Of a DNA stretch of 64,000 bases, positions 25,201 to 40,029 are shown one piece after another. The translations under genes were made by a program, and so were the position numbers. Numbering within the stretch: the first letter of the stretch is position 1; each line of letters opens with the position of its first letter. This stretch comes from Ptychomitrium polyphyllum. Lineage: Eukaryota. The stretch is from NCBI GenBank assembly GCA_973851085.1, contig OZ316775.1, positions 16,864,001 to 16,928,000 on the forward strand, given 5' to 3'. Below the pieces are notes generated by a model that was given only the letters and a program-made list of their open reading frames with translations, was not told the origin of the DNA and ran no database searches.

Positions 25201-26281
25201 TATTTTCATTTTTTAAATTTAATAGTAAGTTTTTTATTTTTTTTGCCATATATAATTTTTCATTACTTCACCAAATAATTAAAATTATAATATAGCTTAT
25301 AAAAAAATTTATAATATTTTATGATATTTTAAATAAATTGGAATCCATTTTTAAAAAATTCTTTAATATAAGAATGGATATTTTTTTGGTTATTTACATA
25401 TGTAAAATATTTTAGAATATTCACATCTTTTAGAAGAAATTGTTTCAAATCTACAAATAATTCTAAAGATAAATTAACAATTCTTAAAAAGAAATTTGAA
25501 AAAAATCAAATGATAGAAATATATATTTAAACCTATATTTATATTTTTATATATTTGATTGAATTCCATTTAAAATTTTCTTTTTTTTTTCATTTGATAT
25601 TTTTTCTTAATTAAATTAATGACATCTTCATATTTCAATGAAAATGAACCAAAAAATTCAATTCATTTTAAAACTTTGAGGATTTTTAATTTTTTAATTT
25701 TTTTAATTTATACGATTTTATTTAATGAGGTCATAAATACATATTAACTTAAACACTTTTAAGAAAGGCTATATGAAGTAATTTATTAAAATGCATCAAA
25801 CAACTTGAATAATTCTTAATGCATTTAATGATGATATTGATTCCTAATCTTTGCATATTATCAATTTTGTTTTATTTTATTCTTACAACTTATATGACAT
25901 ACATAATACAAAACTTTTAAAATTAAGTAATATAAGTTATATATAATATAATTATTTATATAATAAAGTAGAATTATGACAATTTTTAAGCTTATACAAA
26001 ATAATATTTTTTTAATGTAATTTAAGCTTTTGTTTACACATATAGCAACAAAAATTGAACAAATGTTGAAATGACTAAGTTTCAATGGTCAATATGATTT
26101 CCTTAAATGAAAATTGTTTACATTTGAAAAGTTCAAAAATTCTTTAAAATATATAATACTTTACAAAAATCATAATCATAGTGTTCAAATTTTTAATATG
26201 AAAAATATGATTATCCATTTTTACCTTTAAAACTAATTTATCTTACAAATAATAAGAATTGTGAAAGTTTTAAGATTGAAA

Positions 26282-29200
26282 TTAAGACCATGGTTCTCTT
26301 TGCAAGAAGGTCATTAAATTTGCAGGTGGTAGAGAATATAAACTCGATTGATTCCAAAAACTTCCCAATGGTGAAATATGAGGATTTTCAAATGTTGAAT
26401 GCCGAATATAGACTGGTGTTGGAGAAGGTGGTGTAACATTATACAAGCTTGGAGTGTAACCATGGTCTTTTGTTGAAGGTGTATGAGGAATGTCATTTTT
26501 ATAAGAATTCAAAAGATCATGGTTTGATGATGAATATTTCCATACATCTTCACATACAGCTTTTGTTAAATTAGGCATATTAGAGCCTATTAATGGACCT
26601 CGAGGAAGATCACTAATTCCGTAGTTTTTTTCTATCTTATCATCAAGATGATTCAAGGAATGTAAAGTATTCATGCCAAATGTTTGATTTGTATAATTTT
26701 TTGTTTGTGAATCAAAACATTTGAAGTCTCCAGTTGAATTTCGAAGTCCATGTGTTTCATATTTGTTTCTTTGCATAAAAGCTATTTCTTGAGGATTTGA
26801 ATAATCTACTTGATGTTTTAGAGTTGATGAATGAAGATCCATATAGTTATCTTTATTTAAATCTGAATAATTTGCAGAATATGTTTGTAAATGTATATTA
26901 TAATCATGAAGCCCATAATTTCCATGAAGAGATGGAATCTTAAAGTTCTCCCTTCCAATTGACTCCCCTCCCAAATCAATTGGTAAATTTGATACACAGT
27001 TACCTTCAATCCTTCCAATATTGCATATATTGGTTTGAGCTGTAAACCACTTTGGATATGTAATTCCTTTTTGTTCATCTTCCGTACATCGAGCCTTTGT
27101 GATATCAATCCCTTTAGATCTTTCAGGTGATCTTCTAATATCATCATCATTATATTTTCTCATATTATATTGATCATAAGAATCCAACTGGTGTTGACCA
27201 ATCATATCACAAGAATTTGTCAATTGCCTTGAGTTTGGACTTAGATCTTGTGGACTACTTGACCATCTTGGTTTGTGATCTAAATCTCGTGGACTCCCTA
27301 TCAGTCTTAATTCAAGCTCCAAATCTCTTGAATCGCTTGATCGCCTTGGCTCAGAATTTATATCTTGTGCATTATTTAATTGTCTTGGTCTAGGATTCAA
27401 ATCTGGTAAAAATATCAAACGCCTTAATTCTTTACTCATATCTCCACAATTGTAATTTCTTTTAGATTCTTCATATCTTAGATTATTCCTTGCATTTAAT
27501 TCTTGTGCCATCTCAAATTCGTCTTTTCTATACCTAATTCTTTCATCATTGTCTTGCCTTCCACAATGTATTCTATTTACACGTTCTTGCTCAAAATCTT
27601 GCCTACTATGATTTGTTCTATTTCTTTGCCCTTGTTCAACATTTTGTCTTCCATAATGTGTTCTATTTTTATGTTCTTGTTCAAAATGTGGTCTTCCATG
27701 ATGAAATTTATTTGCAGGCTCTTGTTCAAATACTTGAGCCATATTAAATTTATTGCAATGAGGAATCTCTGCACCACACTTATTTATTCTTTGTCTATGT
27801 ATGATATCTTTGATTGAATCATGCATATTATGTTTTAATGATTTTTCATCCTTTGAAGTTGGTATTTTAGATTCTTTATTATTGCAATCTTTATTTTCAT
27901 GAAATCTTTTTGCTCTAGGATCTAAATCATCTCTCTGACATAATACCATATCAGAAGATCTGCCTCTTTTTGATCTAGAAATGGCTTGTTGCATGTCAAT
28001 ATTGTCTTCAAGTCTTATTCTAGTTTTATGTTTAATTTCCTCACTAATAAATTTACCTTCTTCACTTACATTTGTAACATTCTTTTTTTCCTTAAATGAC
28101 TCATATTGACTTGTTATACTTTCATTAAATAAACTTTTATCCATGATTTGTTTTGTTGAATTGTCTATCTCTAATGTTTCAGGTCTAAAAGGTCTTTCCA
28201 TATGTTTATTTGCATTTAATTTATTAGTAAAATCACCTTGATATTTATTTCTTGTACTTTGTCTTTCAACCTTATCCATTTTTTCAATATTACAATCTTT
28301 TTCATCTTCTTTTGTATTTACACCTTGCAAACTGGTTAATCAATTTCAGTATACTTGCATTAGTTCCTACTAATGATAGTTTTGAAGTAAATTCTATATT
28401 ATTGAAGTGAAGAGATTAAGATTATTTTGATTGTGCTTAATTTTTGACATACCTAAAATTTGATTTCTTTAATAACTTTTGTCGTTTTGGTTCTGAATGT
28501 GGTAATATTTTGTTATCGTAAGATGCGTTAAGAGTCCTCAATGGCTTTTTCAAAGGTTCTTCCAATAATTCCGAAGTTTTGGATTCTATAGATATTTGCA
28601 ATCTTGATTCATCTAAACAAGTAGCTTTAATATTTGCAACTATTTGGTCCTTTAGTCCACTTTTATGGTTTTCAAATGTATCCTTAATTGAGTTATCAGC
28701 ATTCAGCAATTGTTGAGATATTTCCTTTGAAATGCAGTACACCACATCATTCCATCAGTACTCTATTTTCTTATGTATATTGTTTCTATATGATAAATTA
28801 CTTCATATGCTTTTTAATTTAGTTTGCTAAAAAGGTTGTAATAAAAGTATGTATATTAAATTTATAAAAAGATGAATCAATAATGATCAAAATTACAATT
28901 TTAGATTATTATTATATCATGTAATTTTTTTGCATGTAGCATTTTTAATAATATTTTCAATTGTATTGAATGACTTGAAGGAATCTTAAACATCAAATCC
29001 ACTTTGATTCATATTTGTAGGATTTACTATACAAGGTAAAGACACCTTTATTATTTAATAAAAAATATGTCATTTTGTTACATACTTATGATATAACTTT
29101 ATATAAGACAAATATATGTTTTAAACATACATACATTATTCTTGAAATTCTTACCAATTTGCAAATTTTATCTAAATTGCCTTTACTCTGATAAGATAAA

Positions 29201-32200
29201 CTAAATTGATTTCTTTCTTTATTTGTGCTTAAAGAATCTAAATGACCACAATATATTGCAATTTGTTGATGGTTTGTACTCCAATCTGTTCGACTCCAAA
29301 GATACAATGGAGGTGTATTTTTATTCCAGTCCTCTCCAATAGTAAAACGTGTGGTTCCATTGGCATTTATAATATCTTTGGATAATGAACCAGGCAAATA
29401 AAATGCCTGAATTTAATAAATGATTGTATAAAGAATGTTTAGACATTGATTTATCTTGATTTTAATTTATAGAAATAATTATAAATAATAAAAGAATGTA
29501 CCTTAAAAACCACTCAATCATCCATAAAATAAAGATAAAAACATTGAATGATAATCTTTAGGACAAAATTGAATATTATTATTAAAACAAAAACTACCAG
29601 TTCTTCATAAAGAAACTTAAGCTTTTTTTGGTGCAATGTGGTCTTCAATTTTTTTTGAAAAGACACTTATTTTGAATTTTTTTAATATAAAATCATGTAT
29701 TGTTTATTAATTCTTCTTTTTCAAATCTTCAAAGTGTAAAATGAAATCAATATGATATTTTAGAATCCAACATGCATAAAATTCATTTGAGTTTTAAAGA
29801 TAGTAAAAACCAACAAAATTTTGGTTTCAAACTTATGTGATGAAAGTGAATTACTTAAGTTATTTAGACAAAAAAAACATGTTTGCATTTGAAAAGTTGA
29901 TAGGTAAATATGCTTTGCAGTATATTTTAAATTTTTATTTTCTAATATTACCAAAGCAATAAATTTTCCAAAAACTTTAGGAAATTTTCTTGTTAATTTT
30001 TTAAAAAATTCAAAATTTTACACTTAAAAACAAAAACAGACACAAACCCTATCAGATTTCGTTTTCTTAGTTGAATTTCGTAATTAAAATATCTCATTCT
30101 CAAAGCTGAAATTGGATCTACCAAAGTGCCATTTATTCTTTGAATGCTTAATTCTTCAAGATTAATATAATCTTTTAAAAATAAAGAATAAAAATGTCAC
30201 AGTAATTCTCATTTGATTTTTAATCAAAAATCTTCTAATTAAATGTAATCAAGAATTTATTCTTTTTTATTTATTTAGATATTTTACAACTAAAATTTTA
30301 AATTTTTTGATATAGTAGGAGTGCTAATTTTTACGTTTTTTATATTAATTTCTTGAATTTAAAAAAAAAATCAGCATTATGTTTTAATCCATACCAATTC
30401 GAAATTCTTATTTTATGTCAGTTATAAAATAAAAGTTGAAATATGATCAATAGTGCATTATTTTATAACCTGTCCTCCAAGCAATTTAGGATCTTCCCAT
30501 ATGAGTTCATAACCATATTCTTGGAGACTGCATTATACAGGGATGTGCAATATAATTGCATGTGTATTAAAATATACGAAGTAAAAATTTTCTGTATTTA
30601 AGATAACTAGTTGATTCTATGCAGTATATGTATTTAAATATTTGATACTAATATATATTAGATCACAAAAACATAAATACATTAATGTTTTATTTTCATT
30701 TAAAAAAAACATGTATATTTTTAATTATTCAATTTACCTTTTTGTAGTTGGTGGAACTATAAGGATAATGAGTTTTGGTCTAAATGTTACGGCATGGTTT
30801 ATAAAAGCATTTGCTAAAGCTGATTGTTTTCCAAAAGGAGGATTTAATCCCATAATCTGTAATTGAAAAGTTTAAATAATGTTTGAAATGGCATAGAATT
30901 TATAATTAAGACTATATTACATTACCTATTTACCAAATAGTAAAATTTAAAGAATTTAAAGAAATTTTTAAACATGTAAAATACATTAGAATATTTGTTT
31001 TAGAAGATTCAAGTATTGTCTGTTTAAATTAATATTTTATAGTATTTCAAAGATAATTAAAAGACATAATTACACAATTGAATTAAAATTATGTATGTTT
31101 ATAAATAAGTTTAGTTGCTTATTATTATTATTATTATTATTATTAATTAATTAATGGATATCAAACAAAAAAGAATATATTAAGTTTACCAAGCTATCAC
31201 CAGATGGAAGTTCATGCTTTTGAATTGTAAACCAATCTCGTTGCTCAAAGTTAAATTCATTCTTCATATCAATACAAAGAAGACAATTACACAAATACTG
31301 ATTATTTTGTTTATTAATACTTAGTAGGATTTAAAAGCTCATCATAAATTCAATATATTCATAAAGTTTATGGCAATATCAAATATGTCAATTCAGGATA
31401 TATATTATAATTTAATAACTTACTTTTGGAGCTAAAATATCATAATTTTTAAAACTGCAATTTCTCTTTCCAACTTCATTTAATTTGTAACAGACTTCAA
31501 CTGAAAATTCATTTGCTCCACAACAAAAATCAACAATCTGCACAATGAAGTAAATAATTTAGAAGTTCATTTAAACCCCAAACGGCATAATACAAATTAA
31601 CAAAGTTAAATCCTAATTAAAATTGTGTTTGATGATTTTTACCATGTCTTTATCATTAATGTACCATTGTAATCGGTCTACAATCTGCAATAAATAACTG
31701 TGTCAAAATATCATTAGTTTGAAATTCATCTGTTATTTACAAATGGTAATTGAAACTATTAAATATTAAATATTAAAATTTAAATTGTATATTATATTTA
31801 ATTGAATTATGTATGTATGTATGAACAACTAGTTATTTTAAAACATATTTTATTATTGATAGATGATTGTAGATGCCTCAGTTAAAATTTCTTTTTTTGT
31901 AAAATGTCGTCCAAAAGATGTATATCTTTGACCATGCAAGCATGGATTTAAAAAAGTCTCAAGTGCTCTCTATGATTTACGTGCAATTTTAAAAAGTTAT
32001 CTTTCCATCAAATAGAACATTTCTTTATTTTATTCAAAAAAATTGTATAAATAGTGTTTTAAAAAACATATTTAAAAGTTATAATTATAATTAGCTGAAT
32101 TGAGTTAATAGTTGGCATATTTCAAGAACTTATGCATATTAATAAGCACTACCTCAACTCGTTCTAATTGAATGATAGATCTGACAGGACACAATGCCTT

Positions 32201-35200
32201 AGCTTCATCTATCCTCTTTCCACTCTTAATCCAATTCAAAGCTTTTGGAATACTCTGCAATGTACAATGAATAAATGGTACATATCTCAAATGAACAAAT
32301 CACAATTATAATTTATGAACTAATTGTAGTTTTTATTTATTTTTTACTTTTTTTGAATGTGTGAAGATTTTATCAATCTTATGCTTATTGAATTTAATTG
32401 AAATATTTAATAATATTTTCTTGTATTTTCTATAATTGTATATTGAAATGCGTCTTGACTTACTATTAAAATTGATATTAATTCTCCTTCATGTATAAAT
32501 TTTCCTTCCTTTTCACCATTCTTGTCATTATAAAAACTAGGAGTATATAATTTTTTCTTGACTTCTTCAATTGTTTTGCAATCTCTTGATTTTAAAATTA
32601 TGTTATCAACACTAATAACAAACACACAAAATATTTTTAAAATTTAATATTATATACACATACACATGTGTATATGTCTATGTATGTGTATTACATTAAT
32701 TTATGCTGACCAATTTTTATCATCTTTATAAAAATTTAATGTTTACAAAATTTGATAATTTTTTTTATGAATATGCATAAATATTTTTATAATAAATAAT
32801 TCAATGATTTTGTGCCTTTTATATAAATTTCAAATATAAGATGGTTCAAATATCAACACACCTTTTTTTAATGTCATTTAATGATACTAGCGAAGATTCA
32901 ATAGAATTGTGTATTCTATCTTTGGATGTAGGTTTTTTCTTAGATAAGTTTTGTTTTGATTTTGAAAATTGCTTATTTTCATTAAATAAATTTTCAAGTT
33001 TTGCATTATTAGTGACATTCTTTTTGTGCTCTATACTAGGAAGTTTGATTCTTGAAGAACTTCTTAAAGAAGAGTATTTCTCTCTTTCATCATTTGTTTT
33101 AGAGAATAAATTTGAATTTAATTGTATAATATCCTTTGTAGCTATTTCATTAAATGCACCAATGCCTTCAACATGCTTAAAGCAAGCAGTAGGACAATAT
33201 GGAAATTTAACCATATTGTATGGATGAATAGAAAGATCATGTTTCCTATAAAATCAATAAATTAAAATAATACAATATTATATATACTTGATTCAGAGAA
33301 AACACCAATTAAATTAAAGAATCCATATTATAAATCTTAAAATTTAAATTATTTTTGTTAAATTCTATAATACATTAATAATAAAAGAGTTCTTAATTAA
33401 GTAATATATATTGAATTTCAAAGGCTTGTATGAACTACTTACGGGCAATAAATTCCAACATGATAATGGTGTCTTTCATCTCCTAATTCTACCTTCCAAG
33501 CTCTTTGTGCTGTACCCCTTCCTATTGCTTCATTTTCAAATGGAACATCTCTAATGACCAAGCATTTTAAGTTATAACATATTAAGATAAAACATGACAA
33601 AATATTTCTTTATTTTTATCAAATTTTAGATTTTAAAATATAAATTTTTATGCTTAAATACATTTTTTACTAGCTTGCATAATTTGTTGCAATAAAAAAA
33701 CTAAACATGTCATAAGAATATATCTTAATATAAAAATTGAACATTATTTGATATGAAATTTAATATTTTTAATCTTGTAATAAATTCAATTACTTTATTA
33801 TGTTAAAAAGATTCAACTAATATAAAATAATCTTTAACCACAATTCCATAAACTGTATAAATATACTTAGTTTTCTGCTTTTAAAAGAAAATAAAAGTTA
33901 GATTTAAAAGAAAATAATTATAGTATTTGTAAAACTTTGCGATTTATCGTTTCATGTAAGTATTTTAATTTTTATTGATCTTCAAATAATAACAATACTC
34001 TAATTTTTATTAATCTAATAAAAGTTCAAATAATAATATCTCAAGAAGAATTCCAAATTATTTAAGCAACTAATATTAGTCAAGTATTTAAACATTTTTA
34101 AATCTCAACTCTACATTTATAAAATACAAATTGGAAGCATAGAGTTTTTTAGTTTGTAAAAAGTAATAATGATAGTTTATGTATATGGATTAGTTATCAA
34201 TAAAGTATGATCATCTTCTTCATTTATGGTTATTTGTACAATTTTTAAAAAAAATCTAATACGTTGTAAGCGTTTGAAAATTTTAAGAATAAAATATCAT
34301 TTATTTGATGATTGTAAATAAGGAAATACACAAATTGGTAATCATATTATATATCATAAATACATTAAAGGTCTTCATAGTAATAATCACAAAAGATTAC
34401 AATAATTTAAAATTTTTTTTTTTTAATATTTAATTACAAAAGATAACTTTAAAAATTGAATATTATTATTTGATAAAAATAAAGAATAATATTTTCATAC
34501 AAGCTATTTAAATTTTTTATATTAATATGTTATTTAGAAGAATATAGAAATGATGAAAAAAATGGCATAACAATATATGTAAAAAATTCTTAAATTCAAG
34601 TAATTTTTAATATATTTATATAACATTATCAAGATATAAAATAAACACTCACTTTATTAAATCTTTTTGCAAAAATTATAATTTTCATTAAATTTGAATT
34701 CAAATAACATTACGATGTTGAGTATATCATAACAAAGTTTATAACTTTTGCAATGTGTCATATAATCTCATAGTTTTGACTTACTTTGGCAAACAATCAA
34801 CATGCCAACCTATTGGACACCGCCTACATTTTGCAAATTTTTTTTCAGTATCGGTTGCATCTTCTAATTCCTTGCAACTTTTACATGTATGTGAAGGACA
34901 AAGAAATGTTTCTTCATTTTGTTCAACCAATTCAGCATAATTTTTTTGCTTGTCTTCATGTTTAGTCATCCATTTTGCTATACACAGTGGATGATAGAAT
35001 CGCCCACAATGTGCAGAATGACAATTAAATACCTAAGTGCAGATACAATACAATCATATAAAACTTCAAAGCAACAAAAAGAAATAATTAAAAAAAATAC
35101 AACCACGTGAGACAAAGCATGAAGCTTTTTTTATATATTTTAATTGAATAATTGTATTATAAGATTACCATTTAATTTTTTTTTAAAGAAAAAAAATTGA

Positions 35201-36261
35201 TTGATTGCTATATGATATTTATTTTTTATGGTAAGAAAATTATAAAATTTCACATTTTAGTTAAAGCTAATTAAAGTATGTTATTGCAGATTATGAAGAA
35301 TATCATTTCGTTAATAAGATGGAAACCTCTTGATTGGGATTAGTAGATTTGCCTAATTGATGGCATAAGAAACACATTTGTTGATTTGTTCCGCAATTTG
35401 GACATATCCATGTCTGTGCATTGACTATAACCTATATCAATAAAAGTTGTTAGATGTAATATTAAAAAAATTAATACAATTTTAAAAGGATCATAGTAAT
35501 TACATTGTATTTTAAAATATTATAGTTCACCATTTAACACAACATTTGGATCCGTCCCCTTTTGATTAGATTGTGAAATTTTTTGAAAATCTTAAATTAC
35601 AAACCTCATATTGGTCTTTTGTGAAACCAAGTGTTTTACAATCATGATCTTTTTGATCCAGAACACATGCATGAAATGTTCGTAAGCATGGACCATCACA
35701 ACTGCATAAAAAAATTAAGAAAAAACACTTATTGTATCTACAAATGAAATCAATAGCAATCAACTTTTAATAATTTTATAACTTGAAATATATATGTTAT
35801 TTTGATGACTTACTATTGCAGTATACAAAAGAAACAAATTATTTACAATTGTTTTAAAGATTGTCTGTGCTTACAATAGCAAATTTCCTCCATCATCACA
35901 TAGTGAACACCAAAAATTTTCACCCGCATGCAAATCTTCTTCCAAATCCTCAAAATCATCATGTTCATTATTCTCACGGTGTTCATCATGTTCCCCATCT
36001 TGCAATTCTTTACATTTACTTCTTTCAATACTTTTCATATCATTAAAATTTAATCCATTAATATCATTATTACTATGGTTTATAAAAACATCTAATTTTT
36101 CTTCAATTAAATGCTTTACTTCATTGTTTCTTTGATTTTTTAATATGCTCATGAAGTCTTCATTTGCAATTCTTTTGACATTGATTGCATCATTTGTATC
36201 CATGGTTGTTTTATTTGTAAATAAAACTGCTAAATTTTGTTGCTTGTTGTTATTTTCACAT
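26282..36261 (-). CDS. EDM2: EDM2-like (ENHANCED DOWNY MILDEW 2) protein: atypical PHD fingers, N6-adenine methyltransferase-like domain and a long low-complexity C-terminus; 5' end unresolved
   Basis: Phase-consistent exons on the minus strand: ~36261-35875 (CSLCDDGGNLL), 35701-35605 (CDGPCLRTFHA), 35431-35327 (WICPNC..CFLC), 35032-34785 (CHSAHCGRFYHPLC..CPSHTC..CRRCPIGWHVDCLP), 33550-33443 (QRAW..IYC), 33245-32862, 32611-32464, 32254-32153, 31969-31877 (HGQRYTSFGRHFTK), 31684-31643 (IVDRLQWY), 31537-31424 (IVDFCCGANEFS), 31261-31190 (FNFEQRDW), 30856-30738 (IMGLNPPFG), 30527-30470 (YELIWED), 29406-29155 (FYLPGS..WN..PPLYLWSR), ~28724-28453 (acceptor uncertain), 28331-26282. Confidence 0.92.
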
Positions 36262-38773
36262 CTAAGGTCATCACATAGGTTTTTACTTTTTAATTGTTGT
36301 ATTGTGTTATGTTTTATAAACACAAAAAATTTAACAGTTTTTTTAAAAACAAATCATAAAATTTAACATTTTACAAATGATTCTGAATTTTTATAAAGGA
36401 TTACAAAATCATAAAATATTAGATAATTTCAATAATTATTTTGGTGATACAAATCTAATATCAAGAATAATTCACTTTGAATCCAAGTCTTTTTAAATCT
36501 CCATTATCATTTGTTGAAATATTGATGAATCCTGAAATCAAATATTTATGCATAAGTTCATATTTACTATAAAAATTTACAATAAAACTTTATATTGTTA
36601 TTTTATAGAATGTAGACTTTTAGATATCAAAACATGATTACTGTGGATTTTTGTTATGCAACCTGACAACCAAAAACACAAAAGTTGAAGCGAATAACAA
36701 GTCATCCATTAGTTGCATGTGTTGTAGGTTTATATTTTTTGAAAGTAAGTTATACTTTCCAGATTTTAAGAATGTATATTTAATTTATTTCTTATTAGTG
36801 ATGTTTTTAAGAACTTACATAGAACATGCAAGTCAAATGAATATGCTATCATTTTTTTCATTTGTGATAGATATTAAATTTTAATCATGAAATATTGTAC
36901 AATTTGTCATCAATAAAATATAAGTCATAAAAAACTAATATTGAATTCATGCTTGTTTCCAAAGTGGTTGAGGTTTTTTGCTACATCAATTATTAAAAAA
37001 AGCTTGTATTAAACCATTAATACGGCCATCCAAAAAAATAATATATATATATAACTCAGAGTTTTAATTCTATTTTAAATCACATAAGAAATTTATATTT
37101 GTATACGTTTATAAAATCTCTTATTTTACAAGAGCTTTACCTTTGTACAGATTCAATTTAACAGACATTGTAGATGGTCACAAAACAAAATTGTCGTTGT
37201 ATATTGGCATGGAAATAGATTTTTTTGCTTTTATACTTCCGGTTCCCTGCTGCTACCGTTGTAATTTGAACACAAATTATATCATAAATTTGAAATTGTA
37301 TGTAAATTATTACTTAAAGAGTAAAACCAAAAGTTAAAAACAACAAACCAAATATGTTTCAAAGACACGAAAAAAATCCATGTCAACTTCATTAATGAAT
37401 AATAACATCAAAAGTTAACAATTGTGATTAGTGATTTTTAAAATGAATAAAAATTGGCACATTTCATCTAAAATTATATTTAGGGAATGGATCCATAAAT
37501 AAATTTATAAAGAGAAGGCCAGGTGGTGCCAATTTATAAACCGCTAGCACTTATAGCACCAAGAAATATCACAATTATGTAACAAAATAATATAGTATAC
37601 CATACTCATATGACAATTTTGGCATAATATAACTATTTGTTTTTAAAAGTGCCAAATGTCACCTTTGTAATGGCATTTATCTTTAAAAAAGATAAAATTG
37701 TTATTAAATGAGTGTCTTTTTGTATTAAAATGCCATTTGGATAAGCTTAGTGTTAATTTGAAATTATTATAATGTAAAGGTTATTAAATCTAAATTCTGT
37801 TTATGCTTAAAATTTTGAAGAGCTAACCACTTTATAGTGCTTTTGAAGTTTTTCAAAAATATTCATTATTATAAAAAGAACACAAAGTGTAAAGTTTTAT
37901 AAAAGTTTTAAATGCAAATGACCAAAAAAAATTTATAATTTGAATAGGATTTATTGCAAAATATACATTATATAAAAAAATAATTAGTTTTTACTAAATA
38001 ATACATAAATGCAATTTTTATTACAATTTGTTTGAATTAACATATCAATTTTTTAGATCATATTAAAATAAAGAAATAACAAAACCTTGTGGCTTGGAAA
38101 AAAATTGGATTTATCAAAGATAGAAATTATATGGATATCCAAGTTATTATAATTATTTCACAATATGAAAAAATTACAAAGTTTTTAAATCATTTAAACT
38201 ATTTACAGTGTTGAAAGGTATTAAATTATTTATAAAGTAAGAAGATGTAAGTGCAATGCTTACATTGTAAAATAAGTTTGCTAAAGCTTAACAATAAAGA
38301 AATAAAATATTATTATAATATAATTAGAATAAAATTTATTAAATATAAAATAAGGCGGTCATTACATCTACATTGCAATGACATTTAATGTAAGTTTCTA
38401 TACCGAGATGTATTTATCCATTCATCCAAATGTAAGTACATTTACATCTTTATATCCATATATATAAAGTCAAATAAATAAACATGGCTATAAGTTTTCT
38501 TTTTGTATTGTGTATGAAAATCTAAATTTAATTTATTAAAAACTTTCTAAGTCCTTTACAAACCATTGGTGCTTGTAGTACTAATGAATATTAGAAAATA
38601 AGTATGAAGTAATTTATCAAACTAATAAATTTTTAAGCACATATTTTTCTAATTTTTTTCTTTAATTGAATAATTTTATTTAAATAATACATTTATTTTT
38701 AATAATGAAATTTTTATATATTTAAATATTTAAAAAATAAAAATAAAAATAAAATAATTAAAAATAAAAATGT

Positions 38774-38775
<2 letters not shown>

Positions 38776-38847
<72 letters not shown>
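38776..38847. repeat. (TG)n microsatellite, about 36 units
   Basis: Uninterrupted TG run. Confidence 0.98.
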
Positions 38848-38848
<1 letters not shown>

Positions 38849-40029
38849 TTATGTAGATATGATATGCATACTTATTTGCTCAACAAATGATTTTTGAAAA
38901 TTTGAAAATGCTTAAAATTTTAACTTCATAGTAATTTAATATTTGAGTTTGAATTTTTTTAAATAAAAATAGATAAAAGATAAATTGGCCTTATAAAATT
39001 GGTTTTTAATAAATATCTCTTTGTAGTTTATTTTTGAGATTTTACTAAAATACACAATAGTGGATATTGCAATTTTTGATGTTGAAATTAAATAAGTATG
39101 GCTGCTATTACAATTCTGATGTGAAGGCATTTAATGTAGATTTCTATACAATTGTGAAAGCAAAAAAAAGAAAAAAACAAATAATAAACAAAAGAAAAGT
39201 AAAACATAAAATAAAAGAAAAAGACAAAAAGTGAAAAATTATAATAAATAGTTAATATTAAACAAACAAACAAAAAATAAATAAAAAAGTATAAAAGAAG
39301 AATAAAAGTATATTATAAGTGTAGATGGATGGATGGACGGACGGATATGAAGGGACTATAAGGTTTTCTTGTATTTTATACAGAGATTTATAAGCTATGC
39401 TTAAAAAAAAAAACATGGATATTTTCTTTAAAAAGAAGATTTTGATTATTAAGTTCATCTAATTTTTAATAAAAATGGATTTTATTACAAAAATCTTTAA
39501 AAAGGATTATTTCGAACTTATTCCTAGCAATGGATTTCTCCATTTGTTTTAAATAAGTGAAACTATAAACATTTTATTGCAAAGATTTATAAAGATGCAC
39601 TAATAGAAATCATTGTAAAGAATACTAAAGATGGTTAATAAGAGTTATAATAATAAGAATAACAATTAAAAAGTGGTTTCATAATGGATTTTTTATTTAC
39701 AAAAGGATAATTTATCATGTGTTTTATTCCTTTTTTCTATGATTAATTTAACAATGTTTTAAATTCTAAAATAAGTAGACAAATATATTTTTGGTTATTT
39801 GTAGGAAACTTTTGATATATTTGATTATGATTCAAGAACCCTAAAAAGAAGAATTTCACCACTTTAACAACCCTGCCTTGTATACAATGTTATGTTTATA
39901 ATGGTTGAAAAAAATTGTATCTATTCTAATGGATATCGTTGAGTTGTGTTTTATATGTGAGAGGATCTTGTGAATGGTGTTGTACTTGTAAAGGATTTAA
40001 TAAGAGGTATTATAAGTGGTATTGTAGAC

